Shown piece after piece: positions 1-9,331 of a DNA stretch of 59,165 bases. The stretch comes from Gaiellaceae bacterium. Lineage in GTDB: Bacteria; Actinomycetota; Thermoleophilia; Gaiellales; Gaiellaceae. Position 1 is the stretch's first letter. Each line of letters opens with the position of its first letter. The stretch lies in contig DASQWX010000010.1 in NCBI GenBank assembly GCA_035640035.1, forward strand, positions 1 through 59,165, written 5' to 3'. The notes below the pieces were generated by a model, which had not been told where the DNA came from, did no database searches, and saw only the letters and a list, made by a program, of their open reading frames with translations. The position numbers were made by a program, and so were the translations under genes.

Positions 1-2753
1 AGTGCAAGCAGAGCTTCGGCCGCGCCTTCGGGAGCCCGGAAGAGCCTGAAGAACGCCAGCTCCAGGCGCGCGCGGAGCTCAGCCCGGCGGTCCTGCTCCG
101 AGAGCGCGGCCTCGAACGCGTTGCCGAAGACCTGCTCGACGTGGTCGAGTTCGCCACGAAGCCAGAGCACGGCTCCAAGCTCGCTCAGGAGGTCACGCCG
201 GACGACCTCCTTCGTGTCCAGGAGCGACGTGGCACGCGCGAGGAGGTTTGCGGCTGCGGGCGCGTCGCCGCCCTTCGCGGCGCGAAGGCCGGCCGTGGCG
301 AGGTGGTCACCGGCATCAGCGGCGAGGCGGCGTGCGCTCGCCTGGTCAGAGCCGAGCTCCGCGAGATAGAGATGCGCCTGTTCCAGATGGAAGCCGATCA
401 GTTCGTCCGACCTCGCGGGCTGATCCTTCGCCCAGAGCGCGAACCTCTCGTGTAGCTCGGAGCGTTGGAGCTTCGGAAGCGTCGCGTAGGCGGCGTCGCG
501 GATCAGGACATGGCGGAAGGCGTAGCTTGTGGCGTCTCCCTCGTCGCGACGGCTCTCGCGAAGCAGCCCCTTCTGAACGAGAGCCGGAAGCCGGGCGGCT
601 GCAGACTCTCCGTCGGGCATGAGGTGGACGAGCGCAGCGACCGAAAACTCGTGTCCGGCTACTGCGGCTCGCTGCAGGATCGACAACTCGGGGGCCTCGA
701 GGCCGTCGAGACGGCTGGCCAGGAGTGCGTCGAGGGACGGCGGCACCGTCCCGAGCTCATGTTCCTCGCTTGTGTGCGCGAGGAGCTGCTCGATGAACAG
801 CGGGTTGCCGCCAGCCGCATCCAGGATCTTTGCCCTTACCGCGTCGGTGACCGTGCCGAGGTGCTGGATGATCGCGGAGCCGTCGTCGCTCGAGAGCGGA
901 GCCAGGCTCCTTGCCGGCGTCTGGCTCCAGGCAGATCGCCCCTCGAGCAGCTCGGGCCGCGCAAGACCGAGGAGGAAGATCGGCGCCTTCGCCGCCGTGA
1001 GGTAGTCGATCAGGTCGAGCAACGTGGGCTCCGCCCAGTGCAGGTCCTCGAAGACGAGCACGATTGGCCGCTTGCGGGCCAGGGCCTCGAAAAGGCGCCG
1101 GACGGCCCAGAACGTTTCGCCGCCCGATGCCGACGCCTCCCGCTCCGCCAGCTCGGCGAGCCTCGTCTCGATCGCGGCCGCATGATCTTCGGCTGCGAGC
1201 AGTTCGCCGAGATCGTTATGCGCCTCTACCTGCCTGACGATCTCGGCCAGCGGCAAGTACGTCGCTCCTTTGCCATATGAGACGCAATGCCCGACCAACG
1301 TCGTTGCCCGGCGGTTGAGCTCGGCCGTCAGCTCTCTGGAAAGCCTGGTCTTGCCGATGCCCGGCTCCCCAAGGAGGAGAAAGAGCCGACAGGTGTGCTC
1401 CTCGACTGCCGCCGCAAACGCCTCGTGGAGCTCCGCCAGCTCCTCGGCGCGATCGGCGAGCGGTGCGTCCAGGTTCCTCGTCAGCAGCGGAACGCCGGTG
1501 ACGGTCTTTCGCAGACGGAAAGCTTCTTGTGGGTGGGCCTTCGCGGGCTCGGCCTCGACGGCGGGCCCGAGGAGCTGCCGAGCAGCCGGACCCAAAAGGG
1601 CTGTCCCCGGGCGAGCCCGCTGGAGCAGTCGCTTGGCGAGCGCGATCGCCGCCCCGGTGATGAAGCCGTGGCCGGCTTCGTCCGCGCCCGCCAAGACCTC
1701 GCCCGTTTCGATCCCGATCCGCAGGTCGACGCCCCGCCGAACCGCATCCCGAAGCTCGAGCGCGGCGCGAGCCGCACGGAGAGCGTCGTCCTCGTGGGCC
1801 CGGGGAACGCCGAAGACGGCCATCACCTCGTCGCCGGCCCGCTGCTCGACCGTCCCTCCATGTGCTTCCAGGACGCCACGGATGCTCGCGAGCGTGCTCA
1901 CGCTCGTCTCGCGGAGGAGCTCGGGGTCGGCCGTTCCGGGAAAGCTCACGTCGACGAGAAGCACCGTCACCGTCTTGCGCCGCATCTCTGGTGCCGTTGC
2001 CGCACCGCTCGCTGCCTCGGGCGGCAGGGAGAGCGACTCGTCCTGACGGAGGATCGCCTGCTCGAGCTCTCGCAACGGCGCGCTCGGCTCGATCCCGAGC
2101 TCGTCCAGCAGCACGTGCCTCGTCTGCTGGTAGGCGGCGAGGGCGTCGGCCTGGCGGCCCGAGCGGTAGAGCGCCAGCATCAGTTGCGCTCGAAGTCGCT
2201 CGCGGAACGGGTGCTCGGCGATGAGCGACTCGAGCTCGGCGACCAGGCTGCCGGCAGCCCCGGCGGAAAGCTCGGCGTCGATCAAATCTTCGAGCGCGGC
2301 CGCGCGCAATTCCTCGAGTCGGCCGGCTTCTTGTTGCGCGAACGGCTCGAAAGCGAGGTCGGCCAGCGGCGGCCCGCGCCAGAGCGCGAGCGCCTCGCGC
2401 AGCTTCTTGGCCCGCTCGCTCCCTGTCGCGCTCCGGCCCTCGGCGGTCAGGAGCTCGAACCGACCGAGGTCGGTCTGCTCGGTCGTCACGTCGAGCAGGT
2501 ATCCGCCGGCCTCCGAGAGCAGGACCCCGGGGCCGAGGGCGCGCCTAAGCTGCGCGACGTAGTTCTGCAATGCGGCTCTCGCCGTCGTTGGGGGGCTCTC
2601 GCCCCAGAGCCCGTCGATGAGCCTGTCGCTCGAAACCGGCTCGCCTGCGCTCAGCAGGAGCACGGCGAGCAAGGCGCGCTGTTTCCGCCGACGAAGCTCG
2701 ATCGGCCTGCCCCGGTCCCACACCTCGAGCGGCCCGAGGACACGGAAGTCCAT
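1..2753 (-). CDS. Large multidomain regulator: winged-helix/BTAD (SARP-like), then a class III nucleotide-cyclase-like domain, an AAA/STAND ATPase and helical repeats. The C-terminus lies beyond the left window edge.
   Basis: Absent from the ORF track because it runs off the edge. The reverse strand from the ATG (rc of 2751-2753) reads MDFRVLGPLEVWDRGRPIELRRRKQRALLAVLL..., followed by a cyclase-like block KTVTVLLVDVS...GDEVMAVFG...LRIGIETGEV. A Walker A motif LLLGEPGIGKTRL is the rc of ~1340-1380. The frame stays open to position 1. Confidence 0.8.
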   Translation of the reverse strand, partial: MDFRVLGPLEVWDRGRPIELRRRKQRALLAVLLLSAGEPVSSDRLIDGLWGESPPTTARAALQNYVAQLRRALGPGVLLSEAGGYLLDVTTEQTDLGRFELLTAEGRSATGSERAKKLREALALWRGPPLADLAFEPFAQQEAGRLEELRAAALEDLIDAELSAGAAGSLVAELESLIAEHPFRERLRAQLMLALYRSGRQADALAAYQQTRHVLLDELGIEPSAPLRELEQAILRQDESLSLPPEAASGAATAPEMRRKTVTVLLVDVSFPGTADPELLRETSVSTLASIRGVLEAHGGTVEQRAGDEVMAVFGVPRAHEDDALRAARAALELRDAVRRGVDLRIGIETGEVLAGADEAGHGFITGAAIALAKRLLQRARPGTALLGPAARQLLGPAVEAEPAKAHPQEAFRLRKTVTGVPLLTRNLDAPLADRAEELAELHEAFAAAVEEHTCRLFLLLGEPGIGKTRLSRELTAELNRRATTLVGHCVSYGKGATYLPLAEIVRQVEAHNDLGELLAAEDHAAAIETRLAELAEREASASGGETFWAVRRLFEALARKRPIVLVFEDLHWAEPTLLDLIDYLTAAKAPIFLLGLARPELLEGRSAWSQTPARSLAPLSSDDGSAIIQHLGTVTDAVRAKILDAAGGNPLFIEQLLAHTSEEHELGTVPPSLDALLASRLDGLEAPELSILQRAAVAGHEFSVAALVHLMPDGESAAARLPALVQKGLLRESRRDEGDATSYAFRHVLIRDAAYATLPKLQRSELHERFALWAKDQPARSDELIGFHLEQAHLYLAELGSDQASARRLAADAGDHLATAGLRAAKGGDAPAAANLLARATSLLDTKEVVRRDLLSELGAVLWLRGELDHVEQVFGNAFEAALSEQDRRAELRARLELAFFRLFRAPEGAAEALLA

Positions 2754-2897
2754 GACAGGGCGGTTGTAACACCGTCGCCGTGCCGCGAACAGGCCGCTCC
2801 GCGCCAGACGGCCTTGGGTCGTCGTGCGAGCGCCGCGTTAGAGCGGCGTTAGAGCCCGCCGGCAACGTCGAGCCGTCAACAAGTCCGAGGAGGGAAG

Positions 2898-3407
2898 ATG
2901 AATACCGGACATCGGCCGAGAGGCATGGTCGTCATCGCGGTCTCGACGCTCGCGGCGGCGGCGGCAGTCGCGACCTTCGCCGCGGTGCCTTCGAGCGCTA
3001 CGCAATACAGCGTCACACCCAGGCAATTCGCGGTGCTGAGCGCGAAGGTCGCCAAGCTCCAATCGCAGGTCGCCGGCCTCAAGAAGACCACGTCAGCGCT
3101 GGTAACCGTGGTCGCCACATGCGTGACCTACAAGACCCTTGGCGTGGGCCAGTTCGGCGCACCGCCGAACGAGGGGTACGTCTACCAGAACGCGTCCGGA
3201 TCGCACGTCACGTCGGCGCTCGACGCCGCACCTGCGTCCTCCGCGCCGGTCTTTCTGCTCACGACGCCGTCGCAATGTGCGACGCTGATCGGCACCTTCT
3301 CCAACCGCACGGGGATGAGGTCGAGTGCGGGCGAACGGCGCTCGCTTGAAGCAGCTCGGCCCGCTCTGCGCAGTGCCTTCACCGTGGCAACGACCGCCAC
3401 CCGTTGA
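2898..3407 (+). CDS. Hypothetical secreted protein (N-terminal signal/TM segment)
   Basis: 169-aa ORF. Hydrophobic N-terminus VVIAVSTLAAAAAVATFAAVPSSA followed by a coiled-coil-like AKLQSQVAGLKK segment. No family recognised. Confidence 0.5.
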   Translation: MNTGHRPRGMVVIAVSTLAAAAAVATFAAVPSSATQYSVTPRQFAVLSAKVAKLQSQVAGLKKTTSALVTVVATCVTYKTLGVGQFGAPPNEGYVYQNASGSHVTSALDAAPASSAPVFLLTTPSQCATLIGTFSNRTGMRSSAGERRSLEAARPALRSAFTVATTATR

Positions 3408-3427
3408 TGGACCGAGCCTGAGTCGAA

Positions 3428-3458
3428 ACGGGGTCGCTCTTAACAGGGGCGACCCCGT
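3428..3458. terminator. GC-rich hairpin between convergent genes
   Basis: ACGGGGTCGC (3428-3437) pairs with GCGACCCCGT (3449-3458): 10-bp stem, 11-nt loop. No strong U-tract. Confidence 0.45.
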
Positions 3459-3483
3459 GGCGCGTCCGTCGGCCGTCAGGCTC

Positions 3484-3996
3484 TTAGCGAAGCTCTCCGG
3501 GCAGGAGAGAGAAAATGATCGAGTCGCGGCGCCGCCCATCCGGATGGAGGAGGTGCGATCGAAGGACGCCCTCGCGACGGAAGCCGACCTTCTCCGCGAC
3601 CCGTTGCGATGCGCGGTTGTCGGGATCCGTGATCAGCTCGAGGCGCTCCAGCTTGAGTTCCTCGAGCGCGTATTTCGCAATCAGTCGAAGCGCACGCGTG
3701 GTCACGCCACGGCCACGAGCCTCCCGCGCGCACCAGTAGCCGATGTGACCGATCCGTGGCTCATTCACCTGCATCCCGATCGAACCGAAGGGGCGGTCGG
3801 CCTCCGTGATCGCGAACTGGTGCGGGCCGAGATCGAGCCTGCCGGTGACGAAGGCGCGGGCATCGGCACGTGTGTACGGCCTGGGGATAGCCGGCATCCA
3901 TCGAAGGATTTCCGCGTCCTGGCAGGCGACGTAGACGCTCTCAGCGTCGTCCTCGCGCCAGGGTCGCAAGGCGATCCCTTCGCCACGCAGCTCCAC
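3484..3996 (-). CDS. GNAT family N-acetyltransferase (RimJ/RimL-like)
   Basis: 170 aa: MELRGEGIALRPWREDDAESVY...GYWCAREARGRGVTTRALRLI... The layout is typical of the acetyltransferase fold. Confidence 0.85.
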   Translation of the reverse strand: MELRGEGIALRPWREDDAESVYVACQDAEILRWMPAIPRPYTRADARAFVTGRLDLGPHQFAITEADRPFGSIGMQVNEPRIGHIGYWCAREARGRGVTTRALRLIAKYALEELKLERLELITDPDNRASQRVAEKVGFRREGVLRSHLLHPDGRRRDSIIFSLLPGELR

Positions 3997-3998
3997 GG

Positions 3999-4478
3999 CT
4001 AGCGCGGCCAGGCTTCGGCAAGGCGCGCCCGCGTCTCGACGAGGTGCTCCGGGAGCACCTTCACATCTGCGAGCACGGGCATGAAGTTCGTGTCGCCGGC
4101 CCAGCGGGGAACGACGTGCTGATGGACATGGTCGACGACGCCGGCGCCCGCGATCCGGCCGAGGTTCCAGCCGAGGTTGTAACCCTGCGGCTGGTAGACG
4201 GCCGCAAGCGCTCCGAGCCCCTGCGCCGAAAGGCCGTGGATCTCGACCGCCTCGTCATCCTCGAGCTCCCCGAACTCGCCCACGTGTCGGTACGGCGCGA
4301 CCATGAAGTGGCCCGACGAGTACGGAAACTTGTTGAGGAGCACGAACGCGCGCTCGCCCCGGCGGACCACCAGCCCTTCTTCGTCCGGCGCCTCGGCGGC
4401 ACGGCAGAAGACGCAGCCCTCCTGGTCGTCAGCCTGCTTGATGTACTCGAGCCGCCAGGGCGCCCAGAGTTGGTTCAA
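3999..4478 (-). CDS. HIT family protein (Ap4A phosphorylase / nucleotidyl hydrolase-like)
   Basis: Histidine triad HVHQHVVPRW and N-terminal LWAPWRLEYI. I place the start at TTG (rc of 4476-4478), which overlaps the corA stop as TTGA. The track's longer ORF (to 4550) would overlap corA by 76 nt. Confidence 0.8.
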   Translation of the reverse strand: MNQLWAPWRLEYIKQADDQEGCVFCRAAEAPDEEGLVVRRGERAFVLLNKFPYSSGHFMVAPYRHVGEFGELEDDEAVEIHGLSAQGLGALAAVYQPQGYNLGWNLGRIAGAGVVDHVHQHVVPRWAGDTNFMPVLADVKVLPEHLVETRARLAEAWPR

Positions 4479-5467
4479 AGCCAGCGCTTGTAGCGGAAAA
4501 ACGCAGCGAGGCAGACGCCGAGCGTCACCATTCCCGCGAAGACTCCCCACCAGGCTTCCGCGGTCTCGAACCCGGGGAAGTGAACGTTCATCCCGAAGAT
4601 CCCGGTGATCAGCGTCAGTGGAAGCAGGATCACGCTGACGACGGTGAGCACGCGCAGGATGTCGTTCTGGCGGTGGTTGATCGCCGACTCGTTCGTATCC
4701 TCGAGTGCCTCGGAGACCTCCTTGTAGTTGTCGAGGATGTCCCAGATCCGCTCCGAGGCGTCGACGAGGTCATCGAAGTACGTCTCGAGCTGCTCGGGTA
4801 GAAACCGCTCGACGTAGCGCTCGAGCAGCCGCAGCGTCGGGCGCTCGGGCTTGATGATCTTGCGGTAGGAGATGATTTCCTGCTTGACGTTCGAGATGTC
4901 GCGAACCACCTCGTCGGAGCGCCCCTCGAAGATGTCGTCCTCGAGCGAGTCCAGCTTGTGGCCGATCTTGTCGAGGATCGGGAAGCAGTAGTCGAAGAGG
5001 TCGTCCAGCACGTGGTAGAGCAGGTAGCCGGACCCCTTCCCGAAGAGCTGATTCCGGAGCTCGATGTCCTCGTAGGCGCGCTGGAACAGCCTCGTTACCG
5101 GTAGCAGCTCGACGTTCGGCAAGGTGATCAGGTAGTCCTGGCCAATGAACGCGTCGAGCTCGGCCGCGTTCAATCGCTGCACCTTCTTGTCGTAGACCGG
5201 GAAGTGGAGGACGATGAAGAGGTAGCCCTCGTCCGCGTACTCGTCGATCTTCGGGCGCTGGCGGCGAGACATGACGTCCTCGAGATCGAGCGGGTGCCAG
5301 CCAAAGCGTCGCTTCAGCAACTCGGCCTCTTCGAGCGTCGGTGCGTCGAGATGAACCCAGGTCAGGCCGTTTGCGGAGAGCTCTGCGACGCGAGGCTCAG
5401 GCCGTGCGAGGACTTCCCCGTCGGTCGCCCGGGGCCTTGTTCGCTTGATGCGCGGCAGGCTTGGCAT
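4475..5467 (-). CDS. corA: CorA family magnesium/cobalt transporter
   Basis: 330 aa. GMN signature (GIFGMNVHFPGF) followed by a C-terminal TM pair. Confidence 0.9.
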   Translation of the reverse strand: MPSLPRIKRTRPRATDGEVLARPEPRVAELSANGLTWVHLDAPTLEEAELLKRRFGWHPLDLEDVMSRRQRPKIDEYADEGYLFIVLHFPVYDKKVQRLNAAELDAFIGQDYLITLPNVELLPVTRLFQRAYEDIELRNQLFGKGSGYLLYHVLDDLFDYCFPILDKIGHKLDSLEDDIFEGRSDEVVRDISNVKQEIISYRKIIKPERPTLRLLERYVERFLPEQLETYFDDLVDASERIWDILDNYKEVSEALEDTNESAINHRQNDILRVLTVVSVILLPLTLITGIFGMNVHFPGFETAEAWWGVFAGMVTLGVCLAAFFRYKRWL

Positions 5468-5586
5468 CGGTACTGAGGGGGTCGTCCACTCGCATTGGAG
5501 TTCGAGATTCTACCCCGTAGCCCTCGCTTTTCCGTCGAAGGCCGCTGCCCTAAACGCAGCGACTGCGGCGCTAGACTGGCCGGCAC

Positions 5587-5659
5587 GCGCCTGTAGCTCA
5601 GGGGATAGAGCGCGCGCCTCCGGAGCGCGAGGTCGCAGGTTCGATTCCTGCCAGGCGCA
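5587..5659 (+). tRNA. tRNA-Arg (anticodon CCG)
   Basis: Hand-folded cloverleaf. Acceptor GCGCCTG/CAGGCGC, D-arm GCTCAGGGGATAGAGC, anticodon stem CGCGC/GCGCG with loop CTCCGGA, T-arm GCAGG-TTCGATT-CCTGC, discriminator A. CCA is not encoded. Confidence 0.9.
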
Positions 5660-5663
5660 CTCC

Positions 5664-5706
5664 GGTCGGAAGTCCGCCCGCTTCGCGGGCATGACGACTT
5701 CCGACC
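5664..5706 (+). terminator. Nested hairpin immediately downstream of the tRNA
   Basis: GGTCGGAAGTC (5664-5674) pairs with GACTTCCGACC (5696-5706), enclosing an inner GCCCGC/GCGGGC stem. Confidence 0.45.
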
Positions 5707-5778
5707 GATCGACCTTGCCACGAGCGGTTCCGAGTCGCGGCCGCGCTGGTCGGCCGCGACCGCGGGGCGTCACCGGTG

Positions 5779-7071
5779 CTATGCAGGCGCAGGCTTCGGG
5801 AGCGGCTCTCGCTCCTCGTGTCGAGGGCCCACGGGAGAGCGGCGTACGCGGTCGGGTAGGCGGCGCTCGAGCGCGAGGCAGCCGATTGCTGCCACGAGGC
5901 TGAGCGCGGCCGCCAGGGGCCAGACCGCGAGCGGATGCCAGCCCAGGAGTGGCCCGCCGACTGCCGGGCCGAGGATGCTGCCGGCGCTCCACGACATCGA
6001 GCCGAGCGCGAAGTACCGACCGCGGAGATGGTCCGGGGCCAGGTCGGCGACGAGCGGTGCCTGTGTCGGGCCCTGAAGCGTCTCGCCGACACCGAACACG
6101 AGCGTGGCGCCGACGAAGACCAGGGCGGCCACTGTGCCGGTCAGCCAGATGCCGCCGCCGAGGACGATAAGCGCAGCGGCGGCGAAGAGCACGCTCATCA
6201 GCGCCAGCGCCGCCATGCGCCGGCGACCCTCGAGCGCCTTCGAGACGGGAAGCTGGATCAGCACGATCAGGAGCGTGTTCGCGAGCCACATTGTCCCGAC
6301 CCACCGCTCGCTGACGCCTGCGTAGTTCTTTGCGAACGGCGGCAGGAGCGCGAAGACTTCGTAACCGACGGCGACGAAGATCACGTTCAGCGCCAGCAAC
6401 CCGACGAAGGTGCGATCCCGGAAGACGGCGCCGTAGCCGAGCTCCCGCTCGTCGGCGTGCTCGGGCTCGGCGACGCGCGGCTCGCGAATCGTGGCGAGCA
6501 CGGCGATGAAGACGAAGAAGGTCGCGGCATCGAGCAGGAACAACGTGGTGAAGGTGCCGGGATGCCGCGTGCTCGCGATCAGGCCGCCCGCCACGCCGCC
6601 GATCCCAAGACCGAGGTTCATGCTGATGCGTTGCAGGGCGAACGCCGAGTGGGTCCGCAAAGGCGGCGTCAAGCGGGACAAGAGGGTCGACTGTCCCGGC
6701 CAGAAGCACGCCGTCCCCGCCCCCTCGAGCGAGAGTAGGGCGAACGCATGCCAGGCCTCCCGGATCAGTGGGAAGAGCACGAATGAGACTGCCTGCAGGA
6801 ACAGCCCCAGGAGGAGTGTGTTCCGCCCACCAAACCGGTCGACGATCGTGCCCGCCGAGAAGCCGGCTGCGAGGGCCGCGACGGCGCCTCCCGAGAGCGC
6901 AAGCCCGGCGGCGGCGAAGGAGATCCCGCGCACGTTGTGCAGGTAGATGACGATGAACGGAAAGACGATCCCGTTGCCGAAGGAGTTGACGACGCCGCCG
7001 ATCTGAGTCAGCCAGACCGGGCGCGGAAGCTCGGGATCGAGTTCGCGGAGATAGGTCGCCAGCGGTCTCAC
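5779..7071 (-). CDS. MFS transporter
   Basis: 430 aa with about 12 hydrophobic helices, typical MFS spacing and GRR/GxxxDRxGRR-like loops (DRFGGRN). Confidence 0.85.
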   Translation of the reverse strand: MRPLATYLRELDPELPRPVWLTQIGGVVNSFGNGIVFPFIVIYLHNVRGISFAAAGLALSGGAVAALAAGFSAGTIVDRFGGRNTLLLGLFLQAVSFVLFPLIREAWHAFALLSLEGAGTACFWPGQSTLLSRLTPPLRTHSAFALQRISMNLGLGIGGVAGGLIASTRHPGTFTTLFLLDAATFFVFIAVLATIREPRVAEPEHADERELGYGAVFRDRTFVGLLALNVIFVAVGYEVFALLPPFAKNYAGVSERWVGTMWLANTLLIVLIQLPVSKALEGRRRMAALALMSVLFAAAALIVLGGGIWLTGTVAALVFVGATLVFGVGETLQGPTQAPLVADLAPDHLRGRYFALGSMSWSAGSILGPAVGGPLLGWHPLAVWPLAAALSLVAAIGCLALERRLPDRVRRSPVGPRHEEREPLPKPAPA

Positions 7072-7097
7072 CGAAAGGCGCGGTTTACGCTACCGGC

Positions 7098-8129
7098 GTG
7101 GAGCTCGAAGCCCGCGCGCTGACGATGCAGCTGGGGGAGACGTTCGTGATCTCGCGCGAGTCCTCCGACGAGACCGAGTCCGTGTTCGTGGAGGTTCGCC
7201 AGGACGGGGAGACGGGATTGGGCGAGGGAGCGCCGATCGAGCGCTATCGAGAGTCCGCAGCCGCGGCGGTCGAGTCGCTGACCGAGTGGGAGGAGGTGCT
7301 CGGCGACGACCCCTTCGCACTGGACGAGATCGACGCTCGCCTGCCGAGGGCTCCGCACACCCAGGCGGCGCGTTGCGCGCTCGACAACGCCCTCCACGAC
7401 CTCTGCGGCAAGCTGACCGGACGCCCGGTCTGGAAGCTGCTGGGTTTGAGGCGAGCAGGGCCGCCGACCTGCTGGACGGTCTGGCTCGGCGACCCGGATG
7501 ACATGGCCCGCCGCGCCGAGAAAGCTGCGCCGGGGTTTCGGCGACTGAAGCTGAAGCTCGGTGCCCGCGACGGGCTCGACGTCGAGCGCGTGCGTGCGGT
7601 GCGCGGCGTCACCGAGGTGCCGCTCCAGGTCGACGTCAACGAGTACTGGACCGTCGACGAGGCGCTCGACGCCCTTCCGCAGCTCGCCGAGCTCGGGGTC
7701 GAGTACTGCGAGCAGCCGCTTCCCGAGGGCGACGAGGGCGGCGCGAGCCTGAAGGCGCGCTCGCCGATCCCGATCTACGTCGACGAGGACTGCCACACGC
7801 TCGCGGACGTCGCTTCGTGCGCTGAAAGGGCGCACGGGATCAACATCAAGCTGTCGAAATCGGGTGGCATCCGCGAGGCGATCCGCATGGCACATGCCGC
7901 CCGCGCGCTGGGGCTCGGCGTCATGCTGGGTTGCATGACCGAGTCCGGCCTCGGAATTTCAGCAGCCGCGCAGATCGCCAGCCTTTGCGACTTCGTCGAC
8001 CTCGACGGCAACCTGCTGCTCGCCGAGGACCCGTGGCCGGGGGTCGAGCTCGTCGACGGCGTCCAGCTCCCTCCCGACCGACCAGGACTTGGTGTCGAGG
8101 CGCGACAAGCGGTATCTGATCCTCGCTGA
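7098..8129 (+). CDS. Enolase-superfamily dipeptide (L-Ala-D/L-Glu-type) epimerase or N-acyl-amino-acid racemase
   Basis: 343 aa. Capping-domain N-terminus (FVISRESSDETESVFVEV..GETGLGEGAP) and barrel motifs KLKLG, VDVNE, EQP, DED. Confidence 0.8.
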   Translation: MELEARALTMQLGETFVISRESSDETESVFVEVRQDGETGLGEGAPIERYRESAAAAVESLTEWEEVLGDDPFALDEIDARLPRAPHTQAARCALDNALHDLCGKLTGRPVWKLLGLRRAGPPTCWTVWLGDPDDMARRAEKAAPGFRRLKLKLGARDGLDVERVRAVRGVTEVPLQVDVNEYWTVDEALDALPQLAELGVEYCEQPLPEGDEGGASLKARSPIPIYVDEDCHTLADVASCAERAHGINIKLSKSGGIREAIRMAHAARALGLGVMLGCMTESGLGISAAAQIASLCDFVDLDGNLLLAEDPWPGVELVDGVQLPPDRPGLGVEARQAVSDPR

Positions 8130-9150
8130 GGGGAAGTCCGCCGACCCGCACTACGGGAAGACGGCTCGCGGCGTCTTGCGTTACTCACCGCACCCGACCG
8201 TCGCGATCCTCGACTCGACCCGAGCGGGCGAGACCCACGAGGAGTTGCCGGTCGTCGCCACGGTCGACGACGCGCTCCTCTTCAACCCGACCACCGCCCT
8301 TGTCGGCGTCGCCACCCAGGGCGGCCGGTTCCCGCCGGCCTGGCGCGAGCTGCTGCGCTCGTGCATCGCCAAAGGCCTCGATGTCGAGAACGGTCTGCAC
8401 GAGTTCCTCACCGAGGACCCCGAGCTCGTCGAGCTGGCCGCGCGCCACGGCGTCGAGCTCCGGGACCTGCGCAAGCCGCCCGCCGACCTCAACGTTCCGA
8501 CCGGCGAGAACCTGGAGCTCGACGCCCAGATCGTGTTGACGGTCGGCTCCGACTGCGCGATCGGAAAGATGACCGTCTCTCTCGAGCTGGACCGCGAGGC
8601 GCAGCGGCGCGGCCTCCGGTCGGTCTTCGTGCCGACCGGCCAGACCGGCATCGCGATTGCGGGCTGGGGCATCTCGGTCGATGCGGTCGTCTCCGACTTC
8701 CTGGCCGGCGCGGCCGAGCGACTCGTGGTCGAAGGGTCACGGAAGGGAGACCTGCTCTGGGTCGAGGGCCAGGGCGCGCTGCTCCATCCAGCGTACTCGG
8801 GCGTCACGCTCGGCCTCATGCACGGGAGCGCTCCGCACGCGTACGTGCTGTGCCATCTGGCCGGCTCGATGGCGGTCGAGGGCTACGCCGAGCATGTGCT
8901 GCCGTCGCTGAGCGAGCTCGTCGAGCTCCACGAGCGCGCGTCGCTCACCGTGCGGCCGGCGAAGGTCGCCTGTATTGCCTTGAACACGCGGGCGCTCGGT
9001 GAGGACGAGGCGCGCTCGGCGGTGGCCGAAGCGGAGGAGGAGACCGGTCTTCCTGCGGACGATCCTGTCCGGTTCGGCCCAGGTCGCCTGCTCGACGCGG
9101 TCCTCGAATCGTTGGGCCTAAGGAGTGGGACCGTCGGCGCCGAAACCTAG
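8089..9150 (+). CDS. DUF1611 family protein (DgcN-like putative N-acetyltransferase/ATP-grasp-like)
   Basis: 353 aa: KRYLILAEGKSADPHYGKTARGVLRY...GSDCAIGKMT...VEGQGAL.HPAYSGVTLGL.HGS. The start is uncertain (TTG 8089 or GTG 8092) and overlaps the epimerase 3' end. Confidence 0.75.
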   Translation: MVSRRDKRYLILAEGKSADPHYGKTARGVLRYSPHPTVAILDSTRAGETHEELPVVATVDDALLFNPTTALVGVATQGGRFPPAWRELLRSCIAKGLDVENGLHEFLTEDPELVELAARHGVELRDLRKPPADLNVPTGENLELDAQIVLTVGSDCAIGKMTVSLELDREAQRRGLRSVFVPTGQTGIAIAGWGISVDAVVSDFLAGAAERLVVEGSRKGDLLWVEGQGALLHPAYSGVTLGLMHGSAPHAYVLCHLAGSMAVEGYAEHVLPSLSELVELHERASLTVRPAKVACIALNTRALGEDEARSAVAEAEEETGLPADDPVRFGPGRLLDAVLESLGLRSGTVGAET

Positions 9151-9260
9151 GCGTCGCTTGCGATGCCGTCTAAGAGGTCGCGCGAGTTACTCGCGCGACC
9201 GCTAATCCCCGCCGTGGGATAGTTGCGCTAAGGAGTAGGACCGTCGGAGCCGAAAGATAG
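9118..9260 (+). repeat. Direct repeat, hairpin, direct repeat at the 3' end of the DUF1611 gene
   Basis: Copy 1 is 9118-9150 and includes the gene's last codons and its TAG stop. Copy 2 is 9228-9260. They match at 29/33 nt by hand count, spaced 110 nt. A perfect hairpin GGTCGCGCGAG-TTA-CTCGCGCGACC lies between them at 9176-9200. Confidence 0.6.
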
Positions 9261-9331
9261 AACGTAAGACCTATGCAGCCCGCCGCCGGGCATGTCAGCC
9301 TTTACGCCGCCGAGGGAGAAAGGGACCGCAC

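Noticed and set aside
1287-2852. Long + strand ORF (521 aa) and other very long alternative-frame ORFs, e.g. 9302-11101(-), 18325-19578(-), 22631-23800(-), 51331-53712(-), 39536-40705(-), 11811-13043(-)
   Set aside because: Their translations are Arg/Pro/Ala/Gly-rich low-complexity sequence with no motifs. They lie antisense or out of frame to ORFs with clear family signatures. This is typical of shadow ORFs in ~70% GC DNA.
5468-5800. Possible integrative element at tRNA-Arg
   Set aside because: There is no integrase, no direct repeat of the tRNA 3' end nearby, and the flanking genes (corA, MFS) are ordinary. Only terminator hairpins are present.
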